Assembly (NCBI GenBank): GCA_903870175.1 | Contig: CAIQBY010000166.1 | Coordinates: 1,395 to 65,394, forward strand | Source: an uncultured Bacteroidota bacterium | Lineage (GTDB): Bacteria; Bacteroidota; Bacteroidia; 2-12-FULL-35-15 | DNA: 64,000 nt | Direction of reading: 5' to 3' | Shown here: one piece after another, positions 37,016-45,615 of the stretch | How the letters are laid out: the number at the start of each line of letters is the position of its first letter | Numbering within the stretch: position 1 is the stretch's first letter | Notes under the pieces: generated by a model | What the model was told of the DNA's origin: nothing | Databases searched by the model: none | What the model saw: the letters and a program-made list of their open reading frames with translations, nothing else | Program-made: the position numbers and the translations under genes

Positions 37016-39160
37016 ATGGAAATAGAAAAATTTCAGTACGACAACAAAATTGTAAAACAATTTGCTTATGCCACCATACTTTGGGGTTTGGTAGGAATGT
37101 TAGTAGGATTATGGGTTTCGCTCGAACTTATCTTCCCGTCATTTAACATTATTCCTATTACTGCTTTCGGGCGGTTACGACCATTGCATACCAATGCAGT
37201 AATTTTTGCCTTTGTTGGTAATGGTATGTTTATGGGAATTTATTATTCGTTGCAACGCTTGTGTAAAGCGCGTATGTTCAGTGATAAATTAAGTGCTATT
37301 CACTTTTGGGGATGGCAATTGATTATTGTTTCGGCAGCGTTGACACTTCCTTTCGGTATCACTACCGGTAAAGAATATGCCGAGCTTGAATGGCCGATAG
37401 ATATTGCTATCACTCTTATCTGGGTGGTATTTGCATGGAACTTTTTCGGAACAATAATTAAAAGAAGAGAGCGCCATTTATATGTTGCTATCTGGTTTTA
37501 TATTGCAACTATTGTTACAGTAGCAGTACTTCACATCGTTAACTCGATGGAAATGCCTGTATCGTTTTTGAAAAGTTATTCGATGTACGCCGGAGTTCAG
37601 GATGCGCTTGTGCAATGGTGGTACGGCCATAATGCAGTTGCATTTTTCCTTACCACTCCTTATTTAGGATTGATGTATTATTTTATTCCAAAGGTTGCCG
37701 AACGTCCGGTTTATTCGTATCGGTTATCAATTATCCACTTCTGGGCATTGATATTCCTGTATATCTGGGCTGGTCCTCACCACTTGTTATATACTGCATT
37801 GCCTGACTGGGCACAATCGCTGGGAGTCGTTTTCTCGATAATGCTTATTGCTCCATCATGGGGAGGTATGATAAACGGCTTATTGACTTTGCGCGGTGCT
37901 TGGGATAAAGTTCGTGAATCGGTAGTATTGAAATTTATGGTGGTAGCTGTTACTGCTTACGGTATGGCTACATTCGAAGGTCCAATGCTTGCCATTAAAA
38001 AAGTAAATTCAATTGCTCACTTTACTGATTGGGTAATTGCTCACGTTCACATTGGTGCATTAGGCTGGAATGGTTTCTTAACATTCGGTGTATTGTATTG
38101 GTTGATCCCGAAAATATTCCAGACAAATTTATGGTCTAATAAACTTGCTAACTGGCATTTCTGGTTAGGTTCGTTAGGTATTTTATTTTACGCAATCCCA
38201 ATGTATTGGGCAGGTTTCACACAGTACTTAATGTGGCAGGAATTTACAGCTGCAGGTTTCCTGAGATACCCTAACTTCCTTGAAACAGTAATTCAATTGC
38301 GCCCGATGTACATTATGCGTTCTATGGGAGGAGCTATGTATATCATCGGATTTGTGATGATGGCTTATAACTTGATTAAAACAATTAAAGGAGGTGTATT
38401 GCTTGCAAATGAAGATGCAGAAGCACCTGCTTTGCAAAAAGGATATACTAAACATGCAACTGACCATTGGCATAGAGTGATTGAGCGTAAACCAATTCAG
38501 TTTATGATATTATCATTAGTGGTAATTCTGGTAGGAGGAATGGTAGAAATGGTTCCTACCTTCCTTATCAAATCAAACATTCCTACTATATCAAGTGTAA
38601 AACCATATTCACCGCTTGAATTGCAGGGAAGAGATATTTACATCCGTGAAGGCTGTTATGTATGTCACTCGCAAATGGTACGTCCTTTACGTTTCGAAAC
38701 AGAAAGATATGGAGAGTATTCTAAAGCAGGAGAATTTGTGTACGACCATCCATTCCAGTGGGGAAGTAAACGTAACGGACCTGATTTGGCTCGTGTAGGA
38801 GGAAAATATCCAAACTCATGGCATTATAATCACATGATGGATCCTAGGTCGATGTCGCCGGGCTCTATTATGCCTACTTATCCATTCCTGCTTGACAAGG
38901 AAATAGATACAGCAAGTACACCTGCCAAGATAAGAGCAATGATTAAACTTGGAGTGCCATATCCTGAAGGTTATGATAAAATAGCCAACAGAGATTTGAT
39001 GATTCAGGCACAAACTATTGCTGATAATTTGAAAGTAGATAAGATAGAAACAGTAAGCGACAAAGAGATAATCGCTTTGATTTCGTATTTGCAAAAATTA
39101 GGCAGAGACTTAAAAATATATCATTTAATTAACGACAAACAACCAAGTACTAATAAATAA
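37016..39160 (+). CDS. ccoNO: cbb3-type cytochrome c oxidase subunits I and II, fused (CcoNO)
   Basis: 714 aa. Haem-copper oxidase subunit I helices with conserved His. C-terminal CcoO-like monohaem c domain (CYVCHSQ). Confidence 0.95.
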   Translation: MEIEKFQYDNKIVKQFAYATILWGLVGMLVGLWVSLELIFPSFNIIPITAFGRLRPLHTNAVIFAFVGNGMFMGIYYSLQRLCKARMFSDKLSAIHFWGWQLIIVSAALTLPFGITTGKEYAELEWPIDIAITLIWVVFAWNFFGTIIKRRERHLYVAIWFYIATIVTVAVLHIVNSMEMPVSFLKSYSMYAGVQDALVQWWYGHNAVAFFLTTPYLGLMYYFIPKVAERPVYSYRLSIIHFWALIFLYIWAGPHHLLYTALPDWAQSLGVVFSIMLIAPSWGGMINGLLTLRGAWDKVRESVVLKFMVVAVTAYGMATFEGPMLAIKKVNSIAHFTDWVIAHVHIGALGWNGFLTFGVLYWLIPKIFQTNLWSNKLANWHFWLGSLGILFYAIPMYWAGFTQYLMWQEFTAAGFLRYPNFLETVIQLRPMYIMRSMGGAMYIIGFVMMAYNLIKTIKGGVLLANEDAEAPALQKGYTKHATDHWHRVIERKPIQFMILSLVVILVGGMVEMVPTFLIKSNIPTISSVKPYSPLELQGRDIYIREGCYVCHSQMVRPLRFETERYGEYSKAGEFVYDHPFQWGSKRNGPDLARVGGKYPNSWHYNHMMDPRSMSPGSIMPTYPFLLDKEIDTASTPAKIRAMIKLGVPYPEGYDKIANRDLMIQAQTIADNLKVDKIETVSDKEIIALISYLQKLGRDLKIYHLINDKQPSTNK

Positions 39161-39165
39161 AAGAA

Positions 39166-39348
39166 ATGAAATTCATCAATTATCTTCAATCGATAGCGGG
39201 AGTTGGAATTTTCCCAATGATATCTTTAATAATGTTCTTTATTTTCTTTACAGTGCTTGTGGTATGGGCACTTAAAGTAGATAAAACTTATATAAGTGAT
39301 ATGAAAAATATTCCATTAGATAACAATAATGAATCAACACAACTTTAA
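39166..39348 (+). CDS. ccoQ: Small membrane protein, CcoQ-like cbb3 oxidase subunit
   Basis: 60 aa. A single TM. Sits between ccoNO and ccoP. Confidence 0.5.
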   Translation: MKFINYLQSIAGVGIFPMISLIMFFIFFTVLVVWALKVDKTYISDMKNIPLDNNNESTQL

Positions 39349-39358
39349 ATCGTAAAAT

Positions 39359-40582
39359 ATGAAAAACAGAATAGACAATAAAATTCAGCCTCAAAAAGCA
39401 AGCACCGCAAAATATTTGATAACCGCATTTGCTTTAGTTATAAGTTTTGGTTTGTTTGCTCAAGAAGCAAAACCTGCACCATCGGATGATACGTTATGGT
39501 TATTTTCGAATGGCTTATTTGATGCTTTGTTAGGCGTAGTAATAATGCTATTAATAATTATTGCAGTGTTAGGCAGTGTATTAAAAAATGTTGCACGATA
39601 TGCTACAGATAAATCAAGAAATAAAACCGGTGGAACAGCGGCAGGTATTATCGCTTTGATTCTTTTTGTTTCTTCGGCTCATTCTTCTATGGCACAAACT
39701 GTAGCAGCAACAGCAGCACCAAATGTACAGAAACCTTATGATTATATGGGTCTTGGCGCAGGCATGTTCTTCCTGATGATAATTATTATTGTTATCGAAC
39801 TGGTTATTGTTTGGGGATTGATTAACAGCATTCAACTGTTGATTAAACGCGAAATGAAAGCTGCTGAAATAGAAGTAAAGGCAGGACCAACACTTTTGGA
39901 TAGAATAAATGCAACTGTTCCTATTGAAAAAGAGTCCGACATTTTACTCGACCATAATTATGATGGAATTCAGGAGTTGGATAATGATTTGCCGCCTTGG
40001 TGGAAATATGGTTTTTATGTAACTATTATATTTGCATTTGTGTATATGATACTTCACCATGTTACTAAAACAAGTGATTTGCAGGGACCGGCTTATGAAA
40101 AATCAATGGAAGCAGCTCGTATTGCAAAAGAGGAATATCAGAAAAAGGATGCTAATAATATTACCGAGAATAATGTGAAAATGATTACTGATAAAAACAG
40201 ACTAGCAGCAGGTAAAGAAACTTTCCTTACTAACTGTGCTGTTTGTCATGGTAAACTGGGAGAAGGAATTGTTGGTCCTAACCTTACTGATGATTATTGG
40301 TTGCATGGAGGAAGTATTAATCAAATATTTCACACTATTACTTTCGGATGGCCTGATAAAGGAATGAAATCATGGCAGGCAGATTTTCCGCCGGCAAAAA
40401 TAAATGAACTTGCAAGTTATGTAAAAACATTGCATGGCACTAATCCTCCAAATGGAAAAGCTCCACAAGGAGATATGTATTTAGAACAGGCAGAAAAAAG
40501 TGATTCAACTAAAAAGGATAGCACTAAAGTAATAGTTCCTGCAATTGACAGCACTAAAGCTAAAGCAGGGAAGAAAAAATAA
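39359..40582 (+). CDS. ccoP: cbb3-type cytochrome c oxidase subunit III (CcoP), membrane-anchored c-type cytochrome
   Basis: 407 aa. TM helices and a CxxCH motif (CAVCHGKLGEG) in the C-terminal cytochrome c domain. Confidence 0.8.
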   Translation: MKNRIDNKIQPQKASTAKYLITAFALVISFGLFAQEAKPAPSDDTLWLFSNGLFDALLGVVIMLLIIIAVLGSVLKNVARYATDKSRNKTGGTAAGIIALILFVSSAHSSMAQTVAATAAPNVQKPYDYMGLGAGMFFLMIIIIVIELVIVWGLINSIQLLIKREMKAAEIEVKAGPTLLDRINATVPIEKESDILLDHNYDGIQELDNDLPPWWKYGFYVTIIFAFVYMILHHVTKTSDLQGPAYEKSMEAARIAKEEYQKKDANNITENNVKMITDKNRLAAGKETFLTNCAVCHGKLGEGIVGPNLTDDYWLHGGSINQIFHTITFGWPDKGMKSWQADFPPAKINELASYVKTLHGTNPPNGKAPQGDMYLEQAEKSDSTKKDSTKVIVPAIDSTKAKAGKKK

Positions 40583-40584
40583 TA

Positions 40585-41994
40585 ATGGAAAATACGGACG
40601 ACACGAAACATGATTCTTTCAGGGATTCAATTGCAACAATAAAAGACGGAAAAAGAGCTTGGATATATGCACAGAAGCCCAAAGGAAAATTATATAATAA
40701 ACGCACCGTATTATCCCTTGCCTATTTAGTAATATTCTTTGTTCTTCCATTTATTAAAGTTAGTGGAGAGCCTTTTTTCCTGATTGACATTCCGGATAGA
40801 AAATTTATTCTGTTTGGAGCGATATTCTGGCCGCAGGACACATTTCTTTTTGTGATTGGTATGCTCACCTTTGTTGTGTTCATCGTACTGTTCACAGTAA
40901 TTTTCGGCAGGGTTTTCTGTGGCTGGGCATGTCCGCAAACAATATTTATGGAAATGATTTTCCGTAAAATTGAATATTGGATTGAAGGAGATGCAACACA
41001 TCAAAAAGCATTAAACAAACAACCTTACAACACAGAGAAGATATTAAAGAAATCTGCAAAAATTTCTTTATTCTTTATTGTCTCCTATATAATTGCCAAC
41101 ACTTTTCTGTCGTATATTATCGGTATGAATTCGGTGCTGGCTTTATATACCGAAGGAATAGCAAAAAATGCAGGTTCACTTGTTTCTTTAACAATATTCA
41201 CTACTATATTCTTTCTTGTATATCTTTGGTTCAGAGAACAGGTATGTATTGTGGTTTGCCCTTATGGCAGATTGCAGGGAGTACTTCTCGATAGAAACTC
41301 AATCATAGTTGCTTATGATTATATAAGAGGAGAAAAAAGAGGAAAGTTCAAAAAGAATGAAGAACGTACAAATGGCGATTGTATTGATTGTGCTCAATGT
41401 GTTAAAGTTTGTCCTACAGGAATTGACATAAGAAACGGGACTCAGTTGGAATGTATCAACTGTACTGCCTGTATTGATGCCTGCAATCACATGATGGAAA
41501 GTGTGAATTTGCCAAAAGGCTTAATCCGCTTTGATTCTGAAAATGGTATTGCAAACAAACAAAAACTAAAACTAACAGCTAGAATAAAAGCTTATATAGT
41601 TGTGCTTCTTTTGTTGCTAGTGGTTCTTGCAAGTTTATTGGTAAGCAGAGAAGATGTAGCTACATCAATATTAAGAACACCCGGCCTGCTTTATCAGGAA
41701 CAGCCGAACAATCAGATTAGTAATCTGTATAACATTAAAATGGTAAATAAAACTCATAAAAAATTACCAATAACATTAAAATTAGAATCGGGAACAGGAA
41801 CTTTAAAAATGGTTGGAAACGAAATAATAAATGTGGAAAAAGAAAGCGTTGGCAGTTCGGAGTTCTTTATATATGTTGACAGAAGCCAGATAAAAGAAAG
41901 AAAAACAAAATTCAAAGTTACTCTATATTCAGGAGATAAAAAGATAGAAACAGTGGAAACAAGTTTTCTTGGGCCTATTTCAGTTAAGCACTAA
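40585..41994 (+). CDS. ccoG: cbb3 oxidase accessory protein CcoG/FixG (4Fe-4S ferredoxin-type)
   Basis: 469 aa. TM helices and two ferredoxin Cys clusters (CIDCAQCVKVCP ; CINCTACIDAC). Confidence 0.9.
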   Translation: MENTDDTKHDSFRDSIATIKDGKRAWIYAQKPKGKLYNKRTVLSLAYLVIFFVLPFIKVSGEPFFLIDIPDRKFILFGAIFWPQDTFLFVIGMLTFVVFIVLFTVIFGRVFCGWACPQTIFMEMIFRKIEYWIEGDATHQKALNKQPYNTEKILKKSAKISLFFIVSYIIANTFLSYIIGMNSVLALYTEGIAKNAGSLVSLTIFTTIFFLVYLWFREQVCIVVCPYGRLQGVLLDRNSIIVAYDYIRGEKRGKFKKNEERTNGDCIDCAQCVKVCPTGIDIRNGTQLECINCTACIDACNHMMESVNLPKGLIRFDSENGIANKQKLKLTARIKAYIVVLLLLLVVLASLLVSREDVATSILRTPGLLYQEQPNNQISNLYNIKMVNKTHKKLPITLKLESGTGTLKMVGNEIINVEKESVGSSEFFIYVDRSQIKERKTKFKVTLYSGDKKIETVETSFLGPISVKH

Positions 41995-42019
41995 TAAATA
42001 ATTTTTAAAACATAAAGTC

Positions 42020-42466
42020 ATGATAAAAGTAAGTTGGGGAATCAAAATTGCTGTGCTGTACACAAGTTTCGTAGCATTGGTTGTAGTTATGGTTGTGATG
42101 AGTATGCACCAAAAAATTGATTTGGTAAGCGAAGATTATTATAACAAAGAATTAGCTTTTCAGAATCAAATTGATGAGATGAAAAATGCGAATGCATTGA
42201 CATCGACTATTACTCACGCTTTTACAAATTCTGAACTTGAATTACAATTTCAACCTGAGTTCAAATCAAAAAAGTTAACAGGCGAAATAGTATTTTTCCG
42301 CCCTTCAGATGCTTCAAAAGATTTTAAAACTTCTATTGTTTTAAATGAAGATGGCAAGCAAAAAATAGGTTTGAGTAACCTGAGCAAAGGAATGTATAAA
42401 ATGCAAATCTCCTGGAAAGATGAGAAGACGCCTTACTTTTCGGAAGAAACAATAGTAATACCTTAA
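42020..42466 (+). CDS. ccoH: FixH/CcoH family protein
   Basis: 148 aa. N-terminal TM. Sits immediately downstream of ccoG, as in other cbb3 clusters. Confidence 0.65.
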   Translation: MIKVSWGIKIAVLYTSFVALVVVMVVMSMHQKIDLVSEDYYNKELAFQNQIDEMKNANALTSTITHAFTNSELELQFQPEFKSKKLTGEIVFFRPSDASKDFKTSIVLNEDGKQKIGLSNLSKGMYKMQISWKDEKTPYFSEETIVIP

Positions 42467-42482
42467 TTATTTTCAATCCCAA

Positions 42483-43193
42483 ATGAATATTTTCTGGACT
42501 GCTATAACTCTTGGATTTCTTGGAAGTTTCCATTGTGTGGGAATGTGCGGGCCGATTGCTTTAGCTTTGCCGTTAAATCAAAATTCAGTGCTCTCAAAAA
42601 TTACGGGTGTTTTACTATATAATTTCGGCAGGATGTTTACTTATGCTTTGTTTGGCGGTCTCTTTGGATTGGTTGGGCAAAGTTTTGTGATAGCAGGATA
42701 TCAGCAGGCATTATCAATAACATTGGGAATAGCAATATTGGTAATGGTTTTGTTGCCTTCTCAATTAGTAAGCCGATTTAGAATTACTACTTCTATTTTT
42801 TCTTTTATTGGAAAAATTAAACAACAGCTAGGTTCGTTATTCAAAAAGAAAAGTTATAGTTCATTATTTTTTATCGGCACTTTAAACGGATTATTGCCAT
42901 GCGGGCTGGTGTATTTAGGGATTGCTGGTGCCATTGCAACAGGAAACAGTTTGCAGGGAAGTTTTTTTATGGCTACCTTTGGCTTTGGAACTTTTCCTGC
43001 TATGGTAATTTTATCTTTGCTGGGAAACTCTATAAGTATTAACTTCAGAAGTAAAATAAGAAAAGTGATGCCGCTTTTTGTAATTTCGATGGCATTGTTA
43101 TTAATATTAAGAGGAATGAATCTTGGAATACCTTATGTAAGTCCGGAAATGTCGGCTACAAAAGTGGAATGTCATAAGTGTTGTCATAAATAG
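42483..43193 (+). CDS. TauE/SafE-DsbD_2-like membrane protein with HCxxMCGP motif
   Basis: 236 aa multi-TM. N-terminal GSFHCVGMCGPIALAL. Commonly the last gene of Bacteroidota cco clusters. Confidence 0.6.
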   Translation: MNIFWTAITLGFLGSFHCVGMCGPIALALPLNQNSVLSKITGVLLYNFGRMFTYALFGGLFGLVGQSFVIAGYQQALSITLGIAILVMVLLPSQLVSRFRITTSIFSFIGKIKQQLGSLFKKKSYSSLFFIGTLNGLLPCGLVYLGIAGAIATGNSLQGSFFMATFGFGTFPAMVILSLLGNSISINFRSKIRKVMPLFVISMALLLILRGMNLGIPYVSPEMSATKVECHKCCHK

Positions 43194-43198
43194 AAAGA

Positions 43199-43654
43199 AT
43201 GAGTACTGTAAGATTAACAAAAGAATTTAATTTCGAGATGGCTCATGCTCTTTTCGGTTATGATGGCCCCTGCAAAAATGTGCACGGACATTCGTATAAA
43301 CTTTCCGTTACCATAAAAGGGAAACCGATAATTAATGGAAAGGATGCAAAATTCGGGATGGTAATGGATTTTAACGAATTGAAAAGTATTGTAAAACCAA
43401 TTATTGACGAGCTTGATCATGCAACAATGCTGAATACGAACTCGCCGCATAAAAAACTTGCAGAAAAAAATTCGCTGTTCGAAAAGCTTGTTTTGGTGAA
43501 TTATCAGCCAACTTGTGAAAATATGCTTATCGATATGGCAGATTATATTAAGCTTCGCTTGCCAAAAAATGTTACCTTGCATCACTTAAAATTACAAGAG
43601 ACGCCAACTTCGTACGCTGAATGGTTTGCTGAGGATAATTTAAAAGAAAAATAA
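43199..43654 (+). CDS. 6-pyruvoyl-tetrahydropterin synthase / QueD-family protein
   Basis: 151 aa. EFNFEMAHAL..CKNVHGHSY, a catalytic Cys/His triad typical of PTPS/QueD. Confidence 0.85.
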   Translation: MSTVRLTKEFNFEMAHALFGYDGPCKNVHGHSYKLSVTIKGKPIINGKDAKFGMVMDFNELKSIVKPIIDELDHATMLNTNSPHKKLAEKNSLFEKLVLVNYQPTCENMLIDMADYIKLRLPKNVTLHHLKLQETPTSYAEWFAEDNLKEK

Positions 43655-43677
43655 ATATTAACTAAACGCCCTGTACC

Positions 43678-45039
43678 GTGAACAATCATCTAATAAAAAA
43701 GTACAATGTAGCCGGCCCTCGCTACACAAGTTATCCAACAGTTCCTTATTGGAACGATAAACCGATAACAATAAAAGACTGGAAAAAGTCTATAAAAAAC
43801 ACATTTGATGCTACCAACGAACATGATGGTATTTCACTTTATATACATTTACCTTTTTGCGAAAGTTTGTGTACATATTGCGGCTGCAATACCCGGATTA
43901 CAATTAATCATGCAGTGGAAATTAAATACCTGAATGCGGTATTGAAAGAATGGAAAATGTATCTGGAAGTGTTGAAAGAAACTCCCCGAATTAAAGAAAT
44001 TCATTTGGGAGGAGGAACACCTTCTTTCTTTTCGCCGGAAAATTTGAAGAAGCTTATTGATGGAATTATGGAAAATTCCAAAAAATGCAAGGATGCAGAA
44101 TTCAGTTTTGAAGCGCATCCGAACAATACTACTTTCGAGCATTTAAAGACACTTTACGATATTGGTTTCAGAAGATTGAGTTTGGGAATTCAGGATTTTG
44201 ATGTCAAAGTTCAAGAAATTGTAAATCGTATTCAGCCATTTGAAACGGTAGAAAAGGTTGTAAATCAGGCAAGAAATCTGGGTTATACTTCCATTAATTT
44301 TGATTTGATTTATGGGTTGCCTTTGCAGACACGCAAATCGGTAATTGATACTATTAATAAGGTAAATATTCTTCGACCTGACCGGATTGCGTTTTACAGT
44401 TATGCGCATGTGCCTTGGGTAAAACCGGGACAACGTAAATTTACAGAATTGGATTTGCCTGTAGATGAGGAAAAAAGAGCTTTGTATGAAATCGGCAAGG
44501 AAAAATTCTCGGAAATGGGATATTGTGAAATAGGAATGGACCATTTTGCATTGAAAACCGATAGCTTATATACAGCTGCAGAATATGGTAAATTGCATCG
44601 TAACTTTATGGGTTACACTCATTCTTATACTAAATTAATGATTGGGCTGGGCGTTTCGTCTATCAGTGATACCTGGAATGCGTTTGCACAAAACGTGAAA
44701 AAGGTGGAAGAATATTATGAGTGTATTAATAATAATGAAATTCCTATTTTCAGAGGGCATGTACTGAGCAAGGAGGATTTGATTATAAGGAAACACATAC
44801 TTAATATTATGTGTAAATTCAATACGAGCTGGGAAAAAGAGGAAGAACAATGTCAGGCTGTATATGATGCGGTGATGCGATTGGCGGAGATTGAAAGGGA
44901 TAAATTAATAACACTTAGTCCTTATCATTTGAAGGTGAAAAAGACGGGACGACCATTTATCCGGAATATTTGTATGGCTTTTGATGCTAAATTGTGGAGG
45001 AATATTCCACAATCGCAGATTTTCAGCAGTACTGTTTAG
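43678..45039 (+). CDS. hemN: Oxygen-independent coproporphyrinogen III oxidase (radical SAM, HemN)
   Basis: 453 aa. YTSYPT N-terminal motif, radical-SAM cluster (CESLCTYCGC), and a HemN C-terminal domain. Confidence 0.9.
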   Translation: MNNHLIKKYNVAGPRYTSYPTVPYWNDKPITIKDWKKSIKNTFDATNEHDGISLYIHLPFCESLCTYCGCNTRITINHAVEIKYLNAVLKEWKMYLEVLKETPRIKEIHLGGGTPSFFSPENLKKLIDGIMENSKKCKDAEFSFEAHPNNTTFEHLKTLYDIGFRRLSLGIQDFDVKVQEIVNRIQPFETVEKVVNQARNLGYTSINFDLIYGLPLQTRKSVIDTINKVNILRPDRIAFYSYAHVPWVKPGQRKFTELDLPVDEEKRALYEIGKEKFSEMGYCEIGMDHFALKTDSLYTAAEYGKLHRNFMGYTHSYTKLMIGLGVSSISDTWNAFAQNVKKVEEYYECINNNEIPIFRGHVLSKEDLIIRKHILNIMCKFNTSWEKEEEQCQAVYDAVMRLAEIERDKLITLSPYHLKVKKTGRPFIRNICMAFDAKLWRNIPQSQIFSSTV

Positions 45040-45116
45040 TGTCATAAATTTTATGACTTATAAATCTTAAATGTTTTTTTGTGCGGGCAACATCCTTCCA
45101 TGTTGCAATATTCTAA

Positions 45117-45220
45117 CCCGCTTTCCCCTCCAATCTTATTTGCCTTGAAAAAAGGCAAATAAGGATTTCCGGTATAATCGGGCGCAGTTGCAAGTGCATC
45201 GTTCTCCTAAAGTTTTCCAT
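45117..45220. ncRNA. Conserved ~105-nt intergenic element, copy 1 (strand unresolved). Contains hairpin TTATTTGCCTT/AAGGCAAATAA
   Basis: Near-identical to 62207..62310 outside the hairpin. The hairpin stems differ but both pair perfectly (compensatory). Confidence 0.45.
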
Positions 45221-45278
45221 ACCAGGAGAGTAGTTAAAATAGCAATTCATCCAAAACCAACAAGTTACAATTAACAAA

Positions 45279-45520
45279 ACTCCAAGTTTAGTCAGCCAAC
45301 CTCCAAGTATTGACACCAAACCTCTAAGTTTAGTCAGCCTGCCTCCAAGTATTGACACCAAATCTCCAAGTTTAGTCAGCCTGCCTCCAAGTATTGACAC
45401 CAAACCTCTAAGTTTAGTCAGCCTGCCTCCAAGTATTGACACTAAATCTCCAAGTTTAGTCAGCCTGCCTCCAAGTTTAGTTAGCCAACCTCCAAGTTTA
45501 CCAAGCAAACTTTTAAGTTC
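45279..45520. repeat. 42-bp (2 x 21-bp) tandem repeat array (~5.5 units: CTCCAAGTTTAGTCAGCCTGC + CTCCAAGTATTGACACCAAAY)
   Basis: Perfect or near-perfect copies immediately after conserved element copy 1, upstream of uvrD. The minus-strand ORF 45113-45571 is a heptad artefact of the array. Confidence 0.85.
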
Positions 45521-45615
45521 GTTCAATAGACTCACAAAAAAACTCGCCACAATCACCAACCTCCCCATCATTACTTTTCAACAACCAAATTTCCCAACAA
45601 CAATTTAATCTACCT

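Noticed and set aside
36802-43193. cbb3 oxidase cluster as accessory/novel
   Set aside because: The gene order ccoS–ccoNO–ccoQ–ccoP–ccoG–ccoH–TauE-like with ccoI nearby is the standard Bacteroidota arrangement. It is annotated but not flagged.
45113-45571. 152-aa minus-strand ORF (LGGRLTK/LGDLVSI heptads) covering the 42-bp array and conserved element copy 1
   Set aside because: Its C-terminus is the conserved element and its body is the tandem repeat. The plus-strand frame through the same repeat is also open but has no start. Coding is not supported.
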